In this document: piece after piece, positions 57,735-64,000 of the stretch
How positions within the stretch are numbered: position 1 is the stretch's first letter
Layout of the letters: each line of letters begins with the position of its first letter
Origin: Porphyromonadaceae bacterium UBA7048
Lineage (GTDB): Bacteria; Bacteroidota; Bacteroidia; Bacteroidales; Muribaculaceae
Length of the DNA stretch: 64,000 nucleotides
Direction of reading: 5' to 3'
NCBI GenBank assembly: GCA_002493945.1
Contig: DLAL01000047.1
Coordinates: 21,992-85,991, forward strand
The notes under the pieces: model-generated
Told to the model about the DNA's origin: nothing
What the model saw: only the letters and a program-made list of their open reading frames with translations
Databases searched by the model: none
Made by a program: the position numbers and the translations under genes

Positions 57735-59738
57735 ATGCAAAAGAAACTTTGTTTGGCTGCGGCCCTTATAGCGGCATCGCTGTTCTCTCCGGGCCTCAGA
57801 GCACAGACCACCATGGAAAGCTCGTATGAAAACTGGCCCTCGTATCAGGGCGACGACCTCGAACTCAAGGTCGACAACAGCGGCACACACTTCGCCCTCT
57901 GGTCGCCGAAGGCCGAAGCCGTGAAAGTGAACATCTATGCGACCGACCGCAACACCGCCCCCGTCCGGACGCTGACCATGACACGCGACAAGGACGGGCT
58001 TTGGCGCGCGTCGGTGCCTGAGAAACTGTACGGAAAGTTCTACACCTTCAACGTCACTGTCAATGGCCGTGAGTTGGCCGAGACGCCCGGCGTATGGGCC
58101 AAGGCTGCCGGAACCAACGGTATGCGCGCGGCGGTGATAGATCTCGACACCACCGATCCCGAAGGATGGGACAAGGATCACGGTCCGAAAATCGACAACA
58201 TCACCGATGCTGTCATCTATGAGATGCACCATCGCGATTTCTCCGGACATCCGTCGTCGGGAATCGTTCACAAGGGCAAATTTCTCGCCCTCACCGAACC
58301 CGAGACCAAGTCGCCCGAAGGTCTGAAGACCGGCATCGGCCATCTCAATGAACTCGGCGTGACTCACGTGCACATCCTTCCGTCGTACGACTACAATTCG
58401 GTGGATGAGGAGAATCTTCAGATTCCGCAGTACAACTGGGGATACGACCCCTTCAACTATAACCTCCCTGAAGGCTCGTATTCGACCGATCCTGCCAATC
58501 CCTCGGCACGCATCAAGGAGATGAAGGAGATGATCAAGGCTCTCCATGATGCAGGAATCGGCGTGGTGATGGACGTGGTCTACAACCATACGGCGAATAA
58601 CGACGACTCAAATTTCTCGCTTACGGCTCCCGGTTACTACTACCGTCACCGTGCCGACGGCTCGTACTCCGACGCATCGGGCTGCGGAAACGAGACGGCC
58701 TCCGAGCGTGAGCAGATGCGCAACTTCATCGTCAACTCGGTCAAGTACTGGGCCGACGAATATCATATCGACGGCTTCCGCTTCGACCTCATGGCCATCC
58801 ACGACACCGAGACCATGAACCGCGTGGCCGAAGAACTCAAGAAAATCAATCCGTCGATTTTTGTCTACGGAGAAGGCTGGACGGCCGGAGATTCGCCACT
58901 GCCTGTCGAACGCCGCGCTCTCAAGGAGAACGTGTCGAAGATGAAAGGCATAGCCGTATTCTCCGACGATATCCGCGACGCCATCAAGGGACACTACAGC
59001 AACGCCGCTGACCGCGGATTCGCCACCGGCAAGCCAGGGAATGAAGAAACCGTCAAAATCGGTATCGTGGCATCGACGGCACATCCGCAGGTCGATTACA
59101 GCAAGGGCAATAATTCCAAGTTCGCCTATGCCGCCGCGCCTACGCAGATCATCAACTACGTGTCGTGCCACGACGACCTGACTCTCACTGACAAACTCGC
59201 CAAGTCAATGACCGGCTCGACCGAGGCCGACCGTCAGCGTGCCGCACGCCTGGCTCAGACCATCGTGTTCACATCGCAGGGCACGCCCTTCATGTTTGCC
59301 GGAGAGGAAGTGTTCCGCGACAAGAAAGGCGTCCATAACTCCTACAAGTCGCCCGATTCGATCAACGCCATCGACTGGAGTCTCAAGAGCCGCAACGCGG
59401 AGCAGTTCGGGTACTACCGCAATCTGATCAAGCTGCGCCGCGAGCATCCGGCCTTCCGCATGACCACGGCCGAGGACATCGCGCGCAACATAGTGTTCGA
59501 CAAGGTGAAGGTCCCCAACGTCGTGTCATATACCATCCGCAACAATGCCAATGGCGACGAGTGGCGCGAAATAAAACTCATCTTCAACGGCGCCGACACG
59601 CCCTATACGGCATCGGTCCCCAAAGGCACATGGACAGTCATAGCCCGCGACGGTCAGCTTGACCCCGACGGTCTCGATACGGTCAAGGGAGGCAAACTGG
59701 AGGTAGCTCCCGTTTCGGCACTCATTCTCGCCAGATAA
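57735..59738 (+). CDS. pulA: Type I pullulanase (GH13)
   Basis: 667 aa with a signal peptide, an N-terminal CBM48-like part and GH13 regions (GVTHVHILPSYD, GIGVVMDVVYNH, IDGFRFDLM, YGEGW, YVSCHD). Confidence 0.9.
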   Translation: MQKKLCLAAALIAASLFSPGLRAQTTMESSYENWPSYQGDDLELKVDNSGTHFALWSPKAEAVKVNIYATDRNTAPVRTLTMTRDKDGLWRASVPEKLYGKFYTFNVTVNGRELAETPGVWAKAAGTNGMRAAVIDLDTTDPEGWDKDHGPKIDNITDAVIYEMHHRDFSGHPSSGIVHKGKFLALTEPETKSPEGLKTGIGHLNELGVTHVHILPSYDYNSVDEENLQIPQYNWGYDPFNYNLPEGSYSTDPANPSARIKEMKEMIKALHDAGIGVVMDVVYNHTANNDDSNFSLTAPGYYYRHRADGSYSDASGCGNETASEREQMRNFIVNSVKYWADEYHIDGFRFDLMAIHDTETMNRVAEELKKINPSIFVYGEGWTAGDSPLPVERRALKENVSKMKGIAVFSDDIRDAIKGHYSNAADRGFATGKPGNEETVKIGIVASTAHPQVDYSKGNNSKFAYAAAPTQIINYVSCHDDLTLTDKLAKSMTGSTEADRQRAARLAQTIVFTSQGTPFMFAGEEVFRDKKGVHNSYKSPDSINAIDWSLKSRNAEQFGYYRNLIKLRREHPAFRMTTAEDIARNIVFDKVKVPNVVSYTIRNNANGDEWREIKLIFNGADTPYTASVPKGTWTVIARDGQLDPDGLDTVKGGKLEVAPVSALILAR

Positions 59739-60615
59739 TCGGCGACGGTAATATAAGGACTGCGTGTTCTCCGGAGCGGCATCGGCCGACGAGAGAATAC
59801 GCAGTCTTTTTTTGCGCTTTCCGAGACGTACAGGCACGGTCACCTGGAAGATTTTCCATAGCCCGGCGTACTTCGTCGCGTATAGAGTCGTTTCTGACGC
59901 TCTCAGGCGATGTTTCAGGCACGGGTGCGGCTGCCGTACTGTCGGTCACTCCTGATTTCAATACTTCGGAGAGGCGTTCCAGCGGAATTTCGGCGGAGTT
60001 TTGCGGCGGACGGTTCTTTTCGGACTTCGAAGTCTTGTCCTTTTTCGCACCTGAGCCGTCCTTATGCCGTTTTTTCGATTCCTTCTGTTCTGCCATGCCC
60101 GGCACGCGTCCGGCCGAGTGATAGTGCCTCCGGTAGTAGTCCTCGTCAAGACTGCTTATGATGACGCCCTTCGAGGTGGAGGAGTGTATGAAGCGCCCTT
60201 CGCCTATGTAAAGGCCGACATGCGACACGCGGCCCTTGCGCGAGGTGGTGAAGAACACCAGATCAGCGGCCAGAAGCTGCTCGCGTTTCAGCGGCGTGCA
60301 GAACACCTGCTGCTCGGCAGAATTGCGGGGTAGTTTTATGCCGGCACGGTCGCGGTATACGCTCATGACGAGCCCGGAGCAGTCGACACCTTTGCGGCTC
60401 TCACCGCCGTACTTGTATCGTGTGCCTATCCACTTGCGGGCCTCCTTGACCAGATCATCGCGGTTTCCCTTTGGCACGGCAGCCGGAGGATTGCTCCCGG
60501 GATGTTCGACCGCAGGCACGTACGTTTCCCGGGGAGCTTTTTCAGCAGCCTTGCGGTGACTGTGGCAGCTTGTCAGCAGTGCTGCAATGACTAATATGAA
60601 CAAGGCTCGCTTCAT
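59722..60615 (-). CDS. NlpC/P60 (C40) cell-wall peptidase lipoprotein with a basic low-complexity tail
   Basis: Lipobox LLTSCHS. NlpC/P60 core: WIGTRYKYGGESRKGVDCSGLVMSVY..DLVFF..VSHVGLYIGEGRFIHS. The last ~130 aa are K/S/E-rich and run through the pulA terminator. Confidence 0.8.
   Translation of the reverse strand: MKRALFILVIAALLTSCHSHRKAAEKAPRETYVPAVEHPGSNPPAAVPKGNRDDLVKEARKWIGTRYKYGGESRKGVDCSGLVMSVYRDRAGIKLPRNSAEQQVFCTPLKREQLLAADLVFFTTSRKGRVSHVGLYIGEGRFIHSSTSKGVIISSLDEDYYRRHYHSAGRVPGMAEQKESKKRHKDGSGAKKDKTSKSEKNRPPQNSAEIPLERLSEVLKSGVTDSTAAAPVPETSPESVRNDSIRDEVRRAMENLPGDRACTSRKAQKKTAYSLVGRCRSGEHAVLILPSPIIWRE
59758..59813 (+). terminator. Rho-independent terminator after pulA
   Basis: 14-bp stem GACTGCGTGTTCTC / GAGAATACGCAGTC with one G:U pair, followed by T7. 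It lies inside the 3' end of the convergent C40 peptidase ORF. Confidence 0.6.
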
Positions 60616-60646
60616 CTGTTGTGTGTTTTTGGTATAATTAATTGCT

Positions 60647-60654
60647 CAAAGATA
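60647..60654 (-). promoter_or_regulatory. -7 box TATCTTTG upstream of the C40 peptidase
   Basis: The reverse complement of caaagata matches TAnnTTTG, 32 nt upstream of the start at 60615. Confidence 0.5.
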
Positions 60655-60765
60655 CGGATTATTTTTTTAACGTTGTTATAAAAAAGTCAAAAGGCGAGAA
60701 AAATTGAACTATAGACCACACAGATGCGTTTAAGAGATAAATCAACTTAAAAAGGATAAAGAAAT

Positions 60766-61341
60766 ATGACTTACGAACAACCACAATTGCCTTACGAACA
60801 CGATGCCCTTGAACCGGCCATCAGCAAGGAAACGGTAGACTATCACTACGGCAAGCACGAAAAAGCTTACATCGATAATCTCAACCGTCTCATCAAGGGT
60901 ACCGAATACGAAGACGAAGAACTTGAAGACATCATCACCCATTCCTCAGGCGCTCTGTTCAACAACGCGTCGCAGGCGTGGAATCATATCTTCTATTTCT
61001 TTACGTTCTCCCCCGATGGCCGACGTGAACCGACCGGTCAACTCCGAAAGGCCATCGACCGCGATTTCGGTTCTTTCGAAAAGTTTAAAGAAGCATTTGT
61101 CGAAGCAGGCGTGGGTCTCTTCGGATCAGGCTGGGTGTGGCTGTCTCGAGATGAAAAAGGCAAGCTCCTTATCACCCAAGGTCCGAATGCCGGTAATCCT
61201 CTTACGGATGGTCTCACTCCGCTCCTGACATTCGACGTCTGGGAGCACGCCTACTACCTCGACTATAAAAATCGTCGAGCCGATGCCCTGGCAAGATTGT
61301 GGGACATCGTTGACTGGGAAATAGTCGAAGGCCGATTCTGA
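60766..61341 (+). CDS. sodB: Fe/Mn superoxide dismutase
   Basis: 191 aa with LPYEHDALEPAISKETVDYHYGKHEKAY, AWNHIFYF, GSGWVWL and DVWEHAYYLDYKNRR. Confidence 0.95.
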   Translation: MTYEQPQLPYEHDALEPAISKETVDYHYGKHEKAYIDNLNRLIKGTEYEDEELEDIITHSSGALFNNASQAWNHIFYFFTFSPDGRREPTGQLRKAIDRDFGSFEKFKEAFVEAGVGLFGSGWVWLSRDEKGKLLITQGPNAGNPLTDGLTPLLTFDVWEHAYYLDYKNRRADALARLWDIVDWEIVEGRF

Positions 61342-61387
61342 AAACCTGAAAGCACTTAATTTAAGCATAATGTGATGAATGGAAAGG

Positions 61388-61420
61388 GAGGTACTCGTGA
61401 GAGCACCTCTTTTTCTTTTT
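61388..61420 (+). terminator. Rho-independent terminator after sodB
   Basis: GAGGTACTC-GTGA-GAGCACCTC followed by TTTTTCTTTTTC. Confidence 0.6.
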
Positions 61421-61603
61421 CATTTATCTATTTGAACAGCCGGGAGTGCATGGCTAATTGAGGTATTTGTCGGGCCTAAACTGTTGAAATTCAAAATTGA
61501 ATGGCACGGTACGTGCAACTTTTGAGCCTCTGAGGTTGTTATATTTACAGAAGCCTCTCTCCATCGGCTTGGAATTTAACAGAATTGAACGTGTAAAATT
61601 GGT

Positions 61604-61647
61604 GATTTTGTAAATCAGGCATGTCGCATGCCTGTGTTTACAAAATC
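61604..61647. repeat. 44-nt imperfect palindrome
   Basis: GATTTTGTAAA-T-CAGGCATG TCG CATGCCTG-TG-TTTACAAAATC gives 8 + 11 bp of perfect pairing separated by a 1x2 bulge. Confidence 0.8.
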
Positions 61648-61719
61648 ATTTAGCATTATAAACAAAATGTTCGTAGATTCTTAACATCCGGGCTGTGTAA
61701 GTAAATATCTGAATAGGGT

Positions 61720-61757
61720 AGGGCGGTGCGATTTTAAATTCGCCGCCCTCTTTGTTT
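61720..61757 (+). terminator. Orphan rho-independent terminator in an ORF-free region
   Basis: AGGGCGGTG-(12-nt loop)-CGCCGCCCT followed by CTTTGTTT. There is no CDS between it and the sodB terminator 300 nt upstream. Confidence 0.45.
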
Positions 61758-62135
61758 AAATTTTGCAAAATGCGATTTACAAAACGAATGGAGCTGATTT
61801 TAAGGCGGAAATTCGGCATTTTCACAAATTAACAAATACGACACCTATCTGATTATTAGCATGGTGCGATGTATTACTAAAGTGAAAATTTAATAATTCG
61901 GCATATTTGTGGCGCTGTTGTAACATCTAAAGTTGCAGCAACGCTATCGTTATGATGCAGTATACTACGCCGACGAAGTTGAACTGATAGTATAGATGGG
62001 CGCCGATAGCTAATAGACTGTGCTACAAGGAATTTACGATTTTGAATTGCAGAATGTAATTTATATTTGTAAATGGTTTAAGTTTGAGAATTTCAAATTA
62101 AAGAATTTAAATTTGGATAATTAAATAATTCTATT

Positions 62136-62143
62136 TAAATTTG
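62136..62143 (+). promoter_or_regulatory. -7 box TAAATTTG upstream of the HTH gene
   Basis: Exact TAnnTTTG match 27 nt before the ATG at 62171. An identical TTTAAATTTG copy sits at 62106-62115. Confidence 0.45.
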
Positions 62144-62170
62144 CAGTTGTAAAATTTAGAATTCTACACT

Positions 62171-62686
62171 ATGGCAGAAGCTCAGGATACGCCTGTAATT
62201 CAACGACTTAAGCAATTCATTGCCTCGACAGGGCTTTCAAGCACTCAATTTGCTGACAAAGCCATGATTTCGAGGCCTACCTTGTCACAATTGCTTCATG
62301 GAAGAAGCAAGTCAATAAATAATCAGATTCTCTCCAAGCTCTACGAGAATTTTCCTTCGCTTGACATCCTGTGGCTTCTGTTCGGCCAAGGCTCGATGAC
62401 CAACGACTTTCCGGAGGAACTGTCTGATACGCAAGAAATATCTGACGACGTGGACGGCTCTATTGATTCAGGCGATACTATGAGTATAAACGATACAGCT
62501 GCCGCCCAAGACCCTCCGGAGCCGTCACAGGGACATCACGAGACCTTCGAGCAGGTATTGGCCGCCAAGCGGGCGATTGATGTAGCCCGTACAGGTTCGT
62601 TGGCCCATCCGCAGACCAGGAAGGAGATTTCATCTATCATAGTACTCTATAACGACGGTAGCTTTGAACGATTCGTCGCTCACTGA
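62171..62686 (+). CDS. XRE-like helix-turn-helix protein with an acidic, disordered C-terminal half
   Basis: 171 aa. The N-terminus VIQRLKQFIASTGLSSTQFADKAMISRPTLSQLLHGRSKSINNQILSKLYENFPSLDILWLLFG is the Bacteroidetes-type HTH_3 pattern. Residues ~80-125 are D/E/S/T-rich. Confidence 0.75.
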   Translation: MAEAQDTPVIQRLKQFIASTGLSSTQFADKAMISRPTLSQLLHGRSKSINNQILSKLYENFPSLDILWLLFGQGSMTNDFPEELSDTQEISDDVDGSIDSGDTMSINDTAAAQDPPEPSQGHHETFEQVLAAKRAIDVARTGSLAHPQTRKEISSIIVLYNDGSFERFVAH

Positions 62687-62740
62687 AGATGCTGCGGATG
62701 GCTCCTGTCGATTACGATTCGTGCGTCTCGCACGGTACTT

Positions 62741-62786
62741 CCCCGGATTGTGGAGATGGCTTTAATAGCCGATTCACAATCCGGGG
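62741..62786 (+). terminator. Strong hairpin after the HTH gene
   Basis: CCCCGGATTGTG / CACAATCCGGGG is a perfect 12-bp stem (13 with the flanking T:A pair). The 22-nt loop has its own GGCT/AGCC stem. T-rich sequence follows. Confidence 0.4.
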
Positions 62787-62949
62787 AGATATCCCGTTTC
62801 TTTATCCCAATTTCCAATTCCGATTTTTCAATAATCCTTTTGCCTCATAATCTGTGTTATGATAAATAGACGTGCGTTGAACCGCCCTCTTTCTAACGGA
62901 ATCCCGAATTATCAGATTTCAGTGAAGCTACCCGATTGATGCATTTTTT

Positions 62950-63597
62950 TGTTTTCAAGGTTAGGAAATCTCGTGTGCCGTGGTTTAGATAGATACCACT
63001 GGAGCATCCGAGCAAGCGGCCGAGCGGTTGTGCGGCAGAAGCATCAGTTTTCGATATCCCTTGTCGCCGGACAGAACCATAACAGGCTCGTATATTCCGG
63101 AACCGACAACATAAAAGATTCGTACGGCGTGACCTTTGCCTCGGGAAACATACGGTATCGCTTTCAGACGAAGAAGTACTCATTCTCCGCGTTCACCGGA
63201 GCGGGCTTCGAACCATCCCGTAAGAGTGCAACTGCAGGCCATCTACTACTGGAAGTCATTCAATATACTTGCGTCGTGGGGCAATCCTGTGCGCAATCTG
63301 ACCGGAAACTCGAACATCGTCATTCACGGCCGCAGTTTCCACATGCTCTCGGCCGGCTGGGGCAACGGCAAGTGGACCATCAGTCTGTCGGCCAAAAATA
63401 TCTTCAACCGGGGATGGCGTTCGGAGACGTGGCACAGGCAGTCGCCGCTTTTCTGCGAGACAGTCCGGTACTTCAATCCGTCGGCGCATTCGAGTCTGAA
63501 TATCTCTGTCACCTACACCGTCAGCTACGGAAAGAAGGTCCGTCATGGCAACGAGACGGAGACGCACGACAACGCTCCTTCAGCCATCATGCAGTGA
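62950..63597 (+). pseudogene. C-terminal remnant of an outer-membrane beta-barrel (OMP_b-brl_3 / TonB-receptor-like) gene, frameshifted
   Basis: Two overlapping frames read as consecutive barrel strands. Frame of 62949: ..LVYSGTDNIKDSYGVTFASGNIRYRFQTKKYSFSAFTGAGFEPS. Frame of 63136: VQLQAIYYWKSFNILASWGNP..GKWTISLSAKNIFNRGWRSETW..SLNISVTYTVSYGKK, a typical C-terminal end for this family. The junction is near 63190-63230. The plug and the first ~600 aa are absent. Confidence 0.5.
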
Positions 63598-63603
63598 CGG
63601 GCG

Positions 63604-64000
63604 CTACCGCATGACCGCCGATGACAGACGGCGCATGAATCCCTGTCCCGCGTAGGATGCCAGAGCGGCCAGACGGTTCTTCAGCATCACATTTCCGTCG
63701 CGGATGACGGCAGCTCTCAGTGTCACGATTTCCTGCCAGCATCTGTCGGCGGTCTCATTCATAAAGGCCCGGTCACAGCCGGGTCTTTTCTTCATTGTGC
63801 CGACACATAGATTGAAGATGTTGAAGAGAGAACTGAACCGACGGCTGCGGGCTGCTGCCTCGGCTTTAGGAAAACGGCGTTCCACGAAACTCTGTATCTG
63901 CCCCGTGGCCCACAGCGCATCGAGGCGGTCTTCCGACCAGTTGTTGATGAAACTCGACGGATTCGGGCGGTAAAAGTAGACTGTCGAATCCGTGACGGCA
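63604..64000 (-). CDS. Hypothetical protein, C-terminal part (gene continues beyond the window end)
   Basis: The minus-strand frame is open from 64000 to the stop at 63604: AVTDSTVYFYRPNPSSFINNWSEDRLDALWATGQIQSFVERRFPKAEAAARS...NRLAALASYAGQGFMRRLSSAVMR. The track shows only the part after the first ATG. I recognise no family. Confidence 0.45.
   Translation of the reverse strand, partial: AVTDSTVYFYRPNPSSFINNWSEDRLDALWATGQIQSFVERRFPKAEAAARSRRFSSLFNIFNLCVGTMKKRPGCDRAFMNETADRCWQEIVTLRAAVIRDGNVMLKNRLAALASYAGQGFMRRLSSAVMR

Noticed and set aside
62893-63183. 96-aa minus-strand ORF inside the OMP remnant.
   Set aside because: It lies antisense to frames that read as beta-barrel strands and has no motifs.
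1-64000. CRISPR arrays, IS elements, prophage genes, restriction-modification, toxin-antitoxin or other known defence modules.
   Set aside because: I scanned all intergenic regions over 100 bp for regularly spaced direct repeats and all ORFs for transposase, integrase, nuclease or methylase motifs. I found none. The only repeats are the short ones reported above.

Overview
By eye this is a GC-rich Bacteroidales-type chromosome segment. Lineage markers are a SusC/SusD pair, many TAnnTTTG -7 promoter boxes, a T9SS type-B sorting domain, a histone-H1-like protein and DUF3332. I call about 49 protein-coding genes (two run off the window edges), one tRNA-Glu(CUC) and one probable SRP RNA. Content is mostly housekeeping: typA, folP-cdaA, queFC, purM, purL, gyrA, uvrA, clpC, cca, dinB, sodB, nadC and rlmH. 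I found no CRISPR array, transposase, integrase, or recognisable defence or toxin system. The many long ORFs antisense to real genes look like GC-bias artefacts. The most interesting parts are listed here. (1) A tightly coupled six-gene cell-wall operon at 1-9091 joins peptidoglycan-salvage genes (NamZ-like, AmpG with a large inserted domain, a signal-less SpoIID) to a GT2, an HxHxQ HIT/GalT-like DUF4922 and a 993-aa secreted amidase-like protein. (2) A regulator-less PUL at 28085-35387 has a beta-helix lipoprotein and a GH16 upstream of susCD. (3) A long acyl-CoA dehydrogenase sits with a bifurcating-type EtfAB. (4) Two ORF-free AT-rich spacers, 18.36-18.9 kb upstream of queFC and 61.4-62.2 kb, carry promoter and terminator signals consistent with unannotated RNAs. 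(5) An apparent rearrangement scar at 62.7-63.6 kb holds a truncated, frameshifted outer-membrane beta-barrel gene next to an orphan HTH gene. All functional calls come from reading the translations. No database search was run.
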